From Promethearchaeota archaeon (GTDB lineage: Archaea; Asgardarchaeota; Lokiarchaeia; Sigyniarchaeales; SOKP01), in the NCBI GenBank assembly GCA_019057865.1, contig JAHLWP010000002.1, positions 64,001 to 128,000 on the forward strand: a DNA stretch of 64,000 nucleotides, written 5' to 3'. Shown piece by piece: positions 41,627-51,900 of this stretch. The notes below the pieces were generated by a model. The model was not told the origin of the DNA and ran no database searches. It was given only the letters and a program-made list of their open reading frames with translations. Within the stretch, counting starts at the first letter, position 1. Every line of letters begins with the position of its first letter. The position numbers and the translations under genes were made by a program.

Positions 41627-42451
41627 CTAAGATTTTTTGAATACCCTAAAGAAACTGAAAATAATTAAACTAAAACCTGAAATAGATAGTATTAATAACA
41701 ATATAACAAAAGGGGAATTAAATTGAAAGATATCTATTGCATTATCTGATGGAAGAAGAAGATAAGCATAATATAAAATAAATGCTACCATAATCTGCAT
41801 CATAAATCCAATACGAGGAAATAATCTAAATATATTTTTACTTTTTTTAGATTTAAGAATTATTTTTCCTTCTCCTCTCTGGTTATACTGAAGTCTTTTA
41901 CTTAAGTAATTATAAATATTTAAATATAAATATAGAATAAATAAACTTGTTAAGAAAAAAAGCCCCCAATAACGATATTCATATGTTAAACCTAAATCTA
42001 GTTTAGAAGTCTTTAAATAATAAAAAATATAAAAAATAAGACTAAAAATAAGAACAAAAAAGAGAACTAAAAGAATTAGGTAGTTTAAAAGTTTAAATTT
42101 TGTAATATTCAATTTCCTTTCCTTTATCTTAATTCCATTCTTTTTTTTCTTTGATTTTAATAAAATTACCTTTACCAACTCTTGGGGTGCATCAGCTTTT
42201 TGTGCTATTTCTTCTGATGAAAGATTTGGATATTTTTGAATTATTGATTTAATCTCATTAATTCTTTCTTTTTTTAGAATTATTACAATAGTAAAAATAT
42301 AAATAATTGTTGATAGGAAAAATGCTGTAAAAGTGAGGACAATATCAAGTATTCGAATAATTCCTAATATTAGAATTACAACTATTATCATAAAATACAT
42401 TAACCTAATAACTAGTTTTGTTTTAATCATAACTTTACGAGATTTAATCAT
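41627..42451 (-). CDS. Hypothetical membrane protein (cassette 2) with a short HTH-like loop
   Basis: ~6 TM segments; YPNLSSEEIAQKADAPQELV. Confidence 0.7.
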   Translation of the reverse strand: MIKSRKVMIKTKLVIRLMYFMIIVVILILGIIRILDIVLTFTAFFLSTIIYIFTIVIILKKERINEIKSIIQKYPNLSSEEIAQKADAPQELVKVILLKSKKKKNGIKIKERKLNITKFKLLNYLILLVLFFVLIFSLIFYIFYYLKTSKLDLGLTYEYRYWGLFFLTSLFILYLYLNIYNYLSKRLQYNQRGEGKIILKSKKSKNIFRLFPRIGFMMQIMVAFILYYAYLLLPSDNAIDIFQFNSPFVILLLILSISGFSLIIFSFFRVFKKS

Positions 42452-42519
42452 AATAGAAGATTATATTGGTAGTACTTATTATAATGCACTAGTAATTATT
42501 ATTATATCTACTTTATAAC

Positions 42520-43020
42520 CTAATCTTCTTTCTCTTCCTCTTTACGCTCAATTAACTCGTTCACAAATTCTTCAAATTCATCCAATGCACCCTGTAAACC
42601 CATTTTAATTCCTAAAATCATTAAAACCAGTCCAAAAAAGGCAAATATCCCTACCCCCCATCCAATTAAATTTAATATAGAGTGGAGTAAAATAGTGGAA
42701 TACAAAAAGACAATAGCTGCAAGTACCATTATTAATATACCCGCTACTATTATTGCAATACAAAGTTTTGCTTTTTTCTTATCAATATATTTATTGCTCT
42801 TTTTATCAGAATGCTTTTTAAACTTGTTCTCAAAATAGGTTATTATGGGAAAAAATACGAACATAGCTACTACTACATTTAATAACTGAAGTAGCCAAAA
42901 TTCTGCTTGCTGACTGAATCTTGTATTAATATAATTTATTGAAGTAAAAAATAAAAAAAAAAGTAAAATTACAGTTATAATTACTAATGTAATTTTTACT
43001 AGTGTCTCTTTAGTTTGAAT
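42520..43020 (-). CDS. 4-TM membrane protein (cassette 1), probable ATT start; C-terminus is repeat copy C
   Basis: Frame open 52 codons upstream of ATG 42864 (IQTKETLVKITLVIITVILLFF...); ends LDEFEEFVNELIERKEEEKED. Confidence 0.65.
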   Translation of the reverse strand: MQTKETLVKITLVIITVILLFFLFFTSINYINTRFSQQAEFWLLQLLNVVVAMFVFFPIITYFENKFKKHSDKKSNKYIDKKKAKLCIAIIVAGILIMVLAAIVFLYSTILLHSILNLIGWGVGIFAFFGLVLMILGIKMGLQGALDEFEEFVNELIERKEEEKED

Positions 43021-43173
43021 AACTAATCATCACTTATATGAATAGTTTTTATAACCATATCAATTAATATTATGATAGAAACTATCCATCCGAATAATAC
43101 TTGTTAATAATTGGCTTCCTCATAACATTCCATATAAATAATAAAAAATCTCGCTTTTAATCTTTACTTAAGA

Positions 43174-43383
43174 TTAATCCTCTTCCTCACCATTAAGTAT
43201 CTCACTCACAAATTCCTCAAATTTCCTAAGAATATCTGAATCAGCATCAGTAGAACTTAAAATTTCCTTTTTCTCTTTAGTAATTGAATTCTTTATAAAC
43301 TTTTTCTCTACAAAATGCTTAATTGCCTTCCTGTATTCCCTTCTCTTACTTTTTGGAACGCGAACGCTTACAAAATCAGATAT
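43174..43383 (-). CDS. Small ribbon-helix-helix-like protein with acidic tail (repeat copy A); start uncertain
   Basis: SDFVSVRVPKSKRREYRKAIKHFVE (strand-helix pattern) ...LSSTDADS...KFEEFVSEILNGEEED. Confidence 0.55.
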   Translation of the reverse strand: MSDFVSVRVPKSKRREYRKAIKHFVEKKFIKNSITKEKKEILSSTDADSDILRKFEEFVSEILNGEEED

Positions 43384-43432
43384 ACATAAATAATAAGAAG
43401 AAGGAGAAATTTTAAAATCGATCGATAAATAA

Positions 43433-44251
43433 TTACTTTTTAATATAATTTTTATTTTGAGATTTTCCTGCATCTTTAATCTCATCAATAATGACTTTTA
43501 AAGAAGAACCATTATCCTGTAATATATTATTTTCAAGGTAAGTGCCCATAACGATGATATCTGCTCCAGCTTCTATAAATGCTCTTGCGTCCTCCTTATT
43601 ATCAACCCCTCCTCCTGCTATTATTGGAATATTTAATACTTGTGAACAGACTTTTATATGATCTGTTGGAATTATTTCACTACCTGAACCTGCCTCCAAA
43701 TATACGAGCTTGAATCCATACATCTCTGCTGCTAATGAATATGCAGCAGTTAATTTTGGTTTATTTCGAGGTATTAATCTCGCATTTCCAATCCATCCAG
43801 CACTAGCTCCTGGTTCTATGATTAAATATCCCATTGAAATATATTCTAATTTCACCATTTTAATTGTGTATGAAACAAGTGCTTGTTGACCAATAATAAA
43901 ATAAGGGTCTGAGGAGTTTAATAAAGACATGAAAAATATGGCATCAGCATATTGAGAAACATTACTAATACCTCCTGGGAAAATAATTATTGGTACATTT
44001 ACATTTTCTTTGATAGAAGAGATTGTTTTATCCACAAATACTTGATCAAATACAGTACTCCCTCCTATTAATATTGCATCTGTTCCAGCTTCTTCAGCAT
44101 ACTTTGCGATCTTTGCTGCTTTATTAGGACCTTGTCTTAATGGGTCTGGATCTATAAGAGAAAAATGTAATGCTCCTTCATTCTTGATTTTATTAATGAT
44201 ATATTTATATGTACTGTTTTCTATATATTCATCTACTAAAATATCAACCAT
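43433..44251 (-). CDS. Geranylgeranylglyceryl phosphate synthase (group II)
   Basis: HFSLIDPD, ILIGGS, IIFPG, SLLNS, YLEAGSG, IAGGG. Confidence 0.93.
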   Translation of the reverse strand: MVDILVDEYIENSTYKYIINKIKNEGALHFSLIDPDPLRQGPNKAAKIAKYAEEAGTDAILIGGSTVFDQVFVDKTISSIKENVNVPIIIFPGGISNVSQYADAIFFMSLLNSSDPYFIIGQQALVSYTIKMVKLEYISMGYLIIEPGASAGWIGNARLIPRNKPKLTAAYSLAAEMYGFKLVYLEAGSGSEIIPTDHIKVCSQVLNIPIIAGGGVDNKEDARAFIEAGADIIVMGTYLENNILQDNGSSLKVIIDEIKDAGKSQNKNYIKK

Positions 44252-44274
44252 TTATTTCACATCTCTAATTTTAC

Positions 44275-45663
44275 TTATTTTTTTTTATTAATTATCATTC
44301 TTTCGATTTTATTATAGACTTCTAAAACTTTTTGTTTCCAACCTGGAAATATATCAGGATTTTGAGGGAAATTTTTATAAAGATTTGAAATTTCATTCAT
44401 CCGTATTCTAAGATAATTTAAATCTAATAACAAGTTAGGACGAGAAATACCCTTAAAAGCTTTTTTTACCATACTAATTAAAGAGATATTTAATCCACCA
44501 GTTGAAGAAATATCTAATATTTCTTCTCCACTTAATAGATCACGTTCCAATCCAAAATTTAAATCTTCATTTGAAAGAACTTGGAGAACTCTTCTTAATA
44601 AATCTAATGAAGCAAATTCCGCTCCAAAACTTGTCATTACTTTATAATTATAATCCCATAATTTATTTAATGATTGATCTTCATCTTCAATTGCTCTTAT
44701 TGCTGTATTTGCAGCATGTAATCCTGCTCTCATTGATGGATCTATCCCACCACCATGAAGCGGATTAACTTGACATGCAGCATCACCTACAAACATAATG
44801 CCATTATCAGCACAAGACCATAATGGCCTTCTTACAGGTGCTATACCTCCTCCCGTCGAAATTATCTCAAATTTTGAAGTCGTTATGAAATTATTAAATA
44901 TATTTTGCCTATAAAGTTCCTTTACTTTACCACCATAATCCATAAATACGCCTAGACCGATATTAACTGAGGATTCATTTTTTGGAAAATACCATATATA
45001 TCCTCCAGGAGCTTTTTCCTGATCTAAAATAATGGTAATATATTCAGAATCTTTTACTTGTAGATCTTTTGGTGAAAATTTCACAATCTCACGATAACAT
45101 AAAATAACATCTTGTTTAGAGATCTCTTTTTCAACTATTGAGCTCTTTACTTTTTTTCGCAATGGTGTATTATACCCACTTGCATCAATTACTATTTTTG
45201 ATTTAAGATCGATTTTTTCTCCGTTTTTTGACCGAACTTTTACTCCTGTAACATGATCATTAGTATACAATAAATCTAATGCCATAGTATTGTCTAAAAA
45301 TTGAGCTACTCCAGCATCTAGAGCTTCATTTAATAACCTTTGACCAAACTCTAATCTATTTATTATATAACCTGCTTGCTTCGGATCTACTAATGTTATA
45401 CATTTCTTAAGGTTTGGTGAATAAATTTTTGCCCCCTTTATATAACAAGATAATTCTTCATTCTTTGGATGATTTATGTTTAAAAAGTCGAATATTTCGT
45501 TTCCTACAGCGTCTCCACATATTTTATCTCCAATTTGGTGTTTTTCTTTTCTGTCAATTAAACATACACTTAAACCTTTTTTAGCAGCAAACCTAGCTGC
45601 AATAGTTCCGGCTGTACCTGCTCCAACCACTACAACATCAAAGAGTTTTTGTATGTTTTCCAT
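44275..45663 (-). CDS. Geranylgeranyl reductase family flavoprotein
   Basis: VVGAGTAG, KICGD, PGGYIWYFPK, VGDAA..VNPLHGGGI. Confidence 0.92.
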   Translation of the reverse strand: MENIQKLFDVVVVGAGTAGTIAARFAAKKGLSVCLIDRKEKHQIGDKICGDAVGNEIFDFLNINHPKNEELSCYIKGAKIYSPNLKKCITLVDPKQAGYIINRLEFGQRLLNEALDAGVAQFLDNTMALDLLYTNDHVTGVKVRSKNGEKIDLKSKIVIDASGYNTPLRKKVKSSIVEKEISKQDVILCYREIVKFSPKDLQVKDSEYITIILDQEKAPGGYIWYFPKNESSVNIGLGVFMDYGGKVKELYRQNIFNNFITTSKFEIISTGGGIAPVRRPLWSCADNGIMFVGDAACQVNPLHGGGIDPSMRAGLHAANTAIRAIEDEDQSLNKLWDYNYKVMTSFGAEFASLDLLRRVLQVLSNEDLNFGLERDLLSGEEILDISSTGGLNISLISMVKKAFKGISRPNLLLDLNYLRIRMNEISNLYKNFPQNPDIFPGWKQKVLEVYNKIERMIINKKK

Positions 45664-45727
45664 GTTAGTTAGTTAAATTACTTTTTTAAAATAATTATAT
45701 TAGTTAAATAAAAAATTGTAAATAGTG

Positions 45728-46540
45728 TTAGATAAGAGTTAGAATATAAATTATCAATGTACTGCCTATTGGAACTGTTAAATCGTCATAAGTACTAGGA
45801 GACAATAGTTCAATTATAGTTGCTATTGTACTTGTAATTAAAGAATATATTAAAATCGTTTCAAAAGCTAAAGGTTCTTGTATATCAGGAAAAAGTAAAC
45901 CAAATAGGAAAAAGGAGATAAAACATAATAATAATGCTGTTCCAAAGAAAGTTAACGATCCTTCAAGAGTTCTACTTGAATTTGTCCAAGCAAAGCTGAT
46001 TTTTACTTTTCCCCAACGCTTTCCAATTACAGAAGCAAGAGTGTCAGCAATTATCATTAGTAAAATACCCGCTATTGGAAAATAAAATTGTTCTGGAGCA
46101 AAAATTGCAAAAATTAAAACTAGTGATGTAATGGAGAGACAATAGAAAAAAGGTCCTTGTAAACATCCAACTTTTTCTTCTGCTTCTTCACCAATTGCTT
46201 CATATAATTCCTTTAATTGTTTTATTTTTGATTCTTTTGAGCTAAAAAATACTAACACTGTGAGGGATCCTGCAATAATTGCTGACCAAAAAGGCCAAAA
46301 ATAAAATGGAGCAGTTAATATAGACAAACCAGCAAACATATGCACAGCTTTTCTTGCTGTAAACTTCGTTATTTTATCTTTTTTCTTCAAAATCAGTGGA
46401 ATAAAGATAGTTAAAAGTATATATACATATGCTAATAAGACAATAAATAAATCTAATAATAACGATGAAATTGCCATTGACGAATCATTACTTCTTATTA
46501 ATAACCGTGTAAAGTATTCATTTTTTAATAAAGTTTTCAA
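45728..46540 (-). CDS. CTP-dependent polyprenol/phytol/dolichol kinase family membrane protein
   Basis: RKAVH, ADTLASVIGKRWG, RTLEGS, DDLTVP. Confidence 0.85.
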   Translation of the reverse strand: MKTLLKNEYFTRLLIRSNDSSMAISSLLLDLFIVLLAYVYILLTIFIPLILKKKDKITKFTARKAVHMFAGLSILTAPFYFWPFWSAIIAGSLTVLVFFSSKESKIKQLKELYEAIGEEAEEKVGCLQGPFFYCLSITSLVLIFAIFAPEQFYFPIAGILLMIIADTLASVIGKRWGKVKISFAWTNSSRTLEGSLTFFGTALLLCFISFFLFGLLFPDIQEPLAFETILIYSLITSTIATIIELLSPSTYDDLTVPIGSTLIIYILTLI

Positions 46541-46785
46541 TAATCTTATATTTCTTACATTTCCGAATATGAAACGTTATAAAAAAACAAATTTGTTAAA
46601 AAAATTCCTTTTTAGGTTTTAAATGTGGTACTGGTGGAACTTTATTAAACGTCCATTTTTTTAGTGTGGGATATATATATTAATGATTCTGTTTTTTCGC
46701 ATAAATTCAATTTTTCATGATTTAAAAATTAAAATTTTTATTATATCTCAAATTTCCTTTTCTAAAAGATAGAAAATTATAATAA

Positions 46786-49458
46786 ATGTCAAAAAAAGCG
46801 TTTGGTTCGGGGTATTTTGGTGAATGGATTGAAGATGAGTTTGGATTACCTGCTTATCGATATACATGCGATCAAATAAATGATCCAAAAGCAATTACAC
46901 CTATAAATGAAGTGTGGCATTCCAAAACTGACCATTGGCATCAAGTAGGAAATGACCGTTTAGTTGCTTTGGCATCCAATTATGGTTATATCCAAGTACG
47001 TCAAGATGAGGGAAGTCCTAAATTACTTAATGAATTCGATCCTGATCATGGACAATATGCAGGAGGATTTGGGTATCTGATAGATAGAAACCAATATATT
47101 AGTACATTTTATCCTGGAAATGGAGATTTTTTTGAACGGATTTTTGGAATTGGTTATATTCGGAAAAGAGTATCAGGAATAGGTTTAATTGTCGATCAAG
47201 TTGTATTTGCTCCTTATGGAGATGATCCTATCTTGATCTCGCGAATAACAGTGAAAAATAATCGTAATAAACCAGCTCATCTTCGCTGGATTGAATATTG
47301 GGGTTGCCATATGTATCAATTTTCGCCAGATGCATATCTTAATGCTATGAATAAAAAAAATGTATCACTTACCAGAAAATATCGTCGAGAATTCAGTGAA
47401 CAGTTTACTCATGAGTTTAAATTAATAAATGGTAATGAAGGTCTTATGGAATCAAAAATTTTTAAAGATCGAAAAAGTCAGAAAAGATCTACTGCTCCTA
47501 AAGCCGTAATTAGAGATATGAACCCCCCTATGACATTACTTATATCAATGGATGCGAAAGCAGATGGATTTAGTACGGATTCATCTTCTTTTTTTGGAAA
47601 AGGAGGCGTAGAATCACCAGATGGTCTAAAAAAGTCTTTGGATTCAAATATTACTCTTTCTGATAATAAGAGTGCTATGCTTCTTGAGCGTAAAATACAA
47701 TTAAATCCCAATGAGAATAAAACTATGTATTTTGCATATGGTTATATCCCCGAAGGATTCGAGATTGAATCTCTTCTCAATAAATATAAAAAAGATTTAA
47801 ATCAAATATGGGAAACTTCATGTGAATATTGGAAAAAAAATCGGATTGACTTAGTGATTCCAGATGATTCATGGATACGACGTGAATTACTATGGCATAA
47901 TTATTACTTACGTGGGAGTATGACCTATGATAGTTATTTTAAAGAGTATATTCTTTCACAAGGACAGGTATATCAATATATTATAGGATTTCAAGGTGCT
48001 TTACGTGATCCTATGCAACATGTTTTACCATTTATATATAGTCAACCTGAAATCGTTAAAAATATCATAAGATATATTTTGAAAACTATAAAACCAAATG
48101 GAGAAATACCCTATGGTATTATGGGTAGTGGAATGATATTGCCTGTTCCCTATAAGCCTTCTGATCAACAGATGTGGTTACTATGGTTAGTGAGTGAATA
48201 TATTCTTGCAACTAGAGATATTGATTTCCTTGACGAAAAAGTACCAATTTATCCGGTTTATGGAAGAAATGTGATTAGGAATACTATAAAGGATTTGTTA
48301 TTATCATGTTATGGTTATTTTACCAAAATTCTTGGAACAGGACGACATGGTCTTCAGCGAATATCTAACGGAGACTGGAATGATGGTGTTATTATAGGAT
48401 ATATTTCAGAAGAAAAGCAAGATGAGGTTATTAAACATGGAGAAAGTGTATTAAATGCTGCCATGGCATCATATACTATTAGGCTTTTTGGAGAAATGTT
48501 GAACTTTTTTGGTGATACTGAAAATTCAGAAAATGTAATCCAATATGCTAATGATCAAAGGCAAGCAGTCCATGCTCAATGGAACGGAAAATGGTTTAAA
48601 CGCGCTTGGCTTACAGAAGATATTGGATGGATTGGGCAAGATCAGTTATGGCTTGAACCCCAACCTTGGGCAATTATTGGAGGAGCAGTAGATTCAGATC
48701 AGATGAAAATTTTAGTGGCCTCAATAGATGAGTTATTACGTCAGCCCTCGAAAATTGGTGCAAGACTTCTGAGTAAGGGTATTGATGCAATGAAAGAAGA
48801 ACTAGGAATGAGAGTGAATGGCGGAATATGGCCTTCAATAAATGGCACATTAATTTGGGCTTTATCCTTAGTTGATAGGAATATGGCTTGGGATGAATGG
48901 AAAAAAAATACACTTGCTTTCCATGCAGAAAATTATCCTGAAGTATGGTATGGAATTTGGAGCGGTCCGGATGTTTACAATTCTGATCTTTCTAAATATC
49001 CTGGTCAAACGCATTTCAGTGAAGATTTAATCAGTAGCAATAAGAAAGAAGGAGAACCTATATATGATGAAACTTTTGGGGTGAATTGGACAGACTTTCC
49101 AATTATGGATCTACATCCCCATGCATGGTCTATATACAATACAATTCATCTCATTGGAGCAAAATTTACCCTTGAAGGTGTAGAGTTGACACCAATACTA
49201 CCTAAAGATGAATATAAGTTTTCTTCTCCAATTTTAGGATTTGAAAAATCAAAAAAAGGATATTCAGGTTGGTATAGTCCCCTTGATGAGGGTACATGGA
49301 TGATCTCATTAACACTTGAAAGAGAAGATTTACAGGCACGATTATCTTTAAAGATTAATGATAAAGAAGAAAAAGTTGTTATAGAGGATGGGAAAATAAC
49401 TTTTCGTGGTGGGAGCAAACCAAATAAGCCATTAAGATGGGAGGTTATGAAGTATTAG
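46786..49458 (+). CDS. GH94-like glycoside phosphorylase/hydrolase
   Basis: RDPMQ, GRHGL..I..GDWND, GESV, NGGIW. Confidence 0.8.
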   Translation: MSKKAFGSGYFGEWIEDEFGLPAYRYTCDQINDPKAITPINEVWHSKTDHWHQVGNDRLVALASNYGYIQVRQDEGSPKLLNEFDPDHGQYAGGFGYLIDRNQYISTFYPGNGDFFERIFGIGYIRKRVSGIGLIVDQVVFAPYGDDPILISRITVKNNRNKPAHLRWIEYWGCHMYQFSPDAYLNAMNKKNVSLTRKYRREFSEQFTHEFKLINGNEGLMESKIFKDRKSQKRSTAPKAVIRDMNPPMTLLISMDAKADGFSTDSSSFFGKGGVESPDGLKKSLDSNITLSDNKSAMLLERKIQLNPNENKTMYFAYGYIPEGFEIESLLNKYKKDLNQIWETSCEYWKKNRIDLVIPDDSWIRRELLWHNYYLRGSMTYDSYFKEYILSQGQVYQYIIGFQGALRDPMQHVLPFIYSQPEIVKNIIRYILKTIKPNGEIPYGIMGSGMILPVPYKPSDQQMWLLWLVSEYILATRDIDFLDEKVPIYPVYGRNVIRNTIKDLLLSCYGYFTKILGTGRHGLQRISNGDWNDGVIIGYISEEKQDEVIKHGESVLNAAMASYTIRLFGEMLNFFGDTENSENVIQYANDQRQAVHAQWNGKWFKRAWLTEDIGWIGQDQLWLEPQPWAIIGGAVDSDQMKILVASIDELLRQPSKIGARLLSKGIDAMKEELGMRVNGGIWPSINGTLIWALSLVDRNMAWDEWKKNTLAFHAENYPEVWYGIWSGPDVYNSDLSKYPGQTHFSEDLISSNKKEGEPIYDETFGVNWTDFPIMDLHPHAWSIYNTIHLIGAKFTLEGVELTPILPKDEYKFSSPILGFEKSKKGYSGWYSPLDEGTWMISLTLEREDLQARLSLKINDKEEKVVIEDGKITFRGGSKPNKPLRWEVMKY

Positions 49459-50707
49459 AGTAGGGATAATTGGATGTGGTGATATCTCAAATTTAAACGT
49501 ATTAGGATATCTCCATTCACAAGATACTGAACTTGTTGCTGTTTCTGATACAGATATTAAAAGGGCTGGTGAAAAACTTGAACGATGGGGATTAAGAACC
49601 GTAAAGATTTATACAGACTATAAAAAAATGATTGATCATGAAGATTTAGATATTGTAGAAATTTTAACTCCCCATCATCTACATAGCCCAATGACGGAAT
49701 ATTGTGCGAAAGCAGGAGTACCTGGTATTTCAGTTCAAAAACCTCTTGCTCATACAATTTTAGATTGCGAAAATATGATACAAGTATGTAAAAAAGAGAA
49801 CGTAAAATTAAAATTATATGAAAATTTCCGATTTTACCCGATTTATCTAAAAGCAAAAGAATTATTGAATAGTGGAATCATTGGCGAATTATTAAATTTC
49901 AGAATTAGCACTCTTGTGACAGGAGGACCGAATATGTATATAGATATTAAATCTTATAGATGGCGGACTGATGTCGAAACGTGTGGTGGATTCCCTTATA
50001 TTTATGATGATGGTATTCATAAATTTTCAATGGCACTTTGGTTAATGAACCAAGAAAGATTTGAGAAGTTATTTAGTTGGATAGATTATTTTAACGGAAC
50101 CCAAGATATCCCCAGTTATGTTCTTTGGAAATATCCAAAAATAAGTTCAGAAGCTCCCCCGAAATATGGAATTATGGAAATTACTTTGGCTCCAAATCTA
50201 TATTATCCAAGTAATTATTATTTTTGTGATGAGTATATTGAAATATCTGGCTCAAAAGGAATAATGTGGATTAATCAATGTACATGTGGGGGGAACTTTG
50301 TTTCAAAAAGCCTACAATATCCTCCTATTGTTGTTTATATTGATGGAGAGGTTAAAACATATGGAGATAAGCTTCCAAGAGATTGGAGGTATTCTTTTAT
50401 AAATTCTACTGAACATTTTATAAACGTTGTTAAGAATGGGGGAACACCAATATATACAGGAGAACAAGGAAAAAATCTGTGTATTTGTGCAAAAATGCCT
50501 TATATTTCTCAACAGCAAAAAAGATCTGTTATTTGGGAAGAAATAACGCCTGAAAGTGAGAAAGATCATTCTTGTGTAGTAGTAGTTCCTGAAGAATTAG
50601 ATGGTTCGGGATTACTTAAATTTTTTTCCAGAAAAAAAAAAGATTTGAGAAAAGGTATTAAAGGAGGTTTAATCCATAAAGAATTTAAATATGAATATGA
50701 AGTTTAG
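49454..50707 (+). CDS. Gfo/Idh/MocA oxidoreductase (probable ATT start)
   Basis: Rossmann IRVGIIGCG starts 58 codons upstream of ATG 49628 in the same open frame; VQKP, YENFRF, DDGIH. Confidence 0.85.
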   Translation: MRVGIIGCGDISNLNVLGYLHSQDTELVAVSDTDIKRAGEKLERWGLRTVKIYTDYKKMIDHEDLDIVEILTPHHLHSPMTEYCAKAGVPGISVQKPLAHTILDCENMIQVCKKENVKLKLYENFRFYPIYLKAKELLNSGIIGELLNFRISTLVTGGPNMYIDIKSYRWRTDVETCGGFPYIYDDGIHKFSMALWLMNQERFEKLFSWIDYFNGTQDIPSYVLWKYPKISSEAPPKYGIMEITLAPNLYYPSNYYFCDEYIEISGSKGIMWINQCTCGGNFVSKSLQYPPIVVYIDGEVKTYGDKLPRDWRYSFINSTEHFINVVKNGGTPIYTGEQGKNLCICAKMPYISQQQKRSVIWEEITPESEKDHSCVVVVPEELDGSGLLKFFSRKKKDLRKGIKGGLIHKEFKYEYEV

Positions 50708-50721
50708 AAAACCATTACATC

Positions 50722-51846
50722 CTATTCAAATTTATCGAGATAAATTTCCTTACCCGATTCTGCTGATTCAATTGCCGCAAGATTAAATTTTAAAATATAT
50801 CTTGCCTGCTCCCCTGAAAGTATTGGATTTTTTTTGTTCTTTATAACGTCAATAAAATGGTTTGTAGCATTAATAAAACTATATTTCCAATCTCTTTCAA
50901 AATCTGTATAAGTTTCTACTTTACCATCTCTGATTATTACAATTGGAGCAAATATGTCCGAATCAGACATTTTATTTCCTATCGAAGTCCCTTGATTAAT
51001 TTTCATTACTCCACGACTTGCAATAATTTCGATAAACTCATCTGTAGGATAATAATTTGAAGGGATTTTCATTTCTGGCATTAGAGAAAATTCCATATTT
51101 CCATATTGTGGTACTACATGCTCAAAACTTTGTTTGTATTTAAACATAACATAAGCAGGAGCATCAAGTCCTTGATAATTATCTGTCCATGCAAAAACTT
51201 TTTCAATTTCTTCATTAAAAAACCAATGAGCTAATACAAAATCGTGCCATCCATTATCAAATAAAACTGGTGAACCGCTTTTTGCACCCCCAACCTTTTC
51301 TGGTCGTTTTCTCCACTCTTCCGCACTTGTTGGAATATTCCAACCTCCTTTCCCACCCATTGCGGTTTTAATACGTATTGACGAGGGATCACCTATATAA
51401 TCCTGTTCGAGTAATTCTTTAGCCCTCTTAATATGAGGAGCAAACAGAAAATTTTCATAAATTGATAGAATTGACCCAGATTTCTCACATGCATTAATCA
51501 TTTCATCTGCTTGTTCCAAAGTAAGGGCAATTGGCTTTTGAACTGAAATACCTTTAATATTTTTTTCAGCAGCATAAATCGTTGCTTCAGCGTGTAGATG
51601 ATGAGGTAAAAGAATCTCAACAATATCTATATCTTCTTTATCCAACATTTCCCTATAGTCTGAATAAATAGGTATATTCTTATCTAAGTTGAAATTTTTT
51701 ACTTTTTCTTTCGCTTTCGCACTGGTTCTATTACATAAACAGGTAATTTCCACATCTGGATTATTTAAAAACCCTAAAACATTCAAGTCAAAAATAACTC
51801 CAGTGCCAATAAATCCCACTTTGAACATAACAATTAGTAAAATCAT
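50722..51846 (-). CDS. Gfo/Idh/MocA oxidoreductase (paralog)
   Basis: VGFIGTG, PHHLH, VQKP, DNGWH. Confidence 0.88.
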   Translation of the reverse strand: MILLIVMFKVGFIGTGVIFDLNVLGFLNNPDVEITCLCNRTSAKAKEKVKNFNLDKNIPIYSDYREMLDKEDIDIVEILLPHHLHAEATIYAAEKNIKGISVQKPIALTLEQADEMINACEKSGSILSIYENFLFAPHIKRAKELLEQDYIGDPSSIRIKTAMGGKGGWNIPTSAEEWRKRPEKVGGAKSGSPVLFDNGWHDFVLAHWFFNEEIEKVFAWTDNYQGLDAPAYVMFKYKQSFEHVVPQYGNMEFSLMPEMKIPSNYYPTDEFIEIIASRGVMKINQGTSIGNKMSDSDIFAPIVIIRDGKVETYTDFERDWKYSFINATNHFIDVIKNKKNPILSGEQARYILKFNLAAIESAESGKEIYLDKFE

Positions 51847-51900
51847 TAATTAAATTTATATAATCTCTATTTGTAAAAATATTATCTTAGTAAGTTAAGA

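Noticed and set aside
12288-42476. AGTACT palindrome upstream of several genes (12288, 38799, 41409, 42471)
   Set aside because: Too short to distinguish from chance in AT-rich DNA without an enrichment test
43384-43488. N-terminal 35 codons of ORF 43174-43488
   Set aside because: It partly overlaps the GGGP synthase 3' end and looks non-coding; the real gene probably starts near 43383
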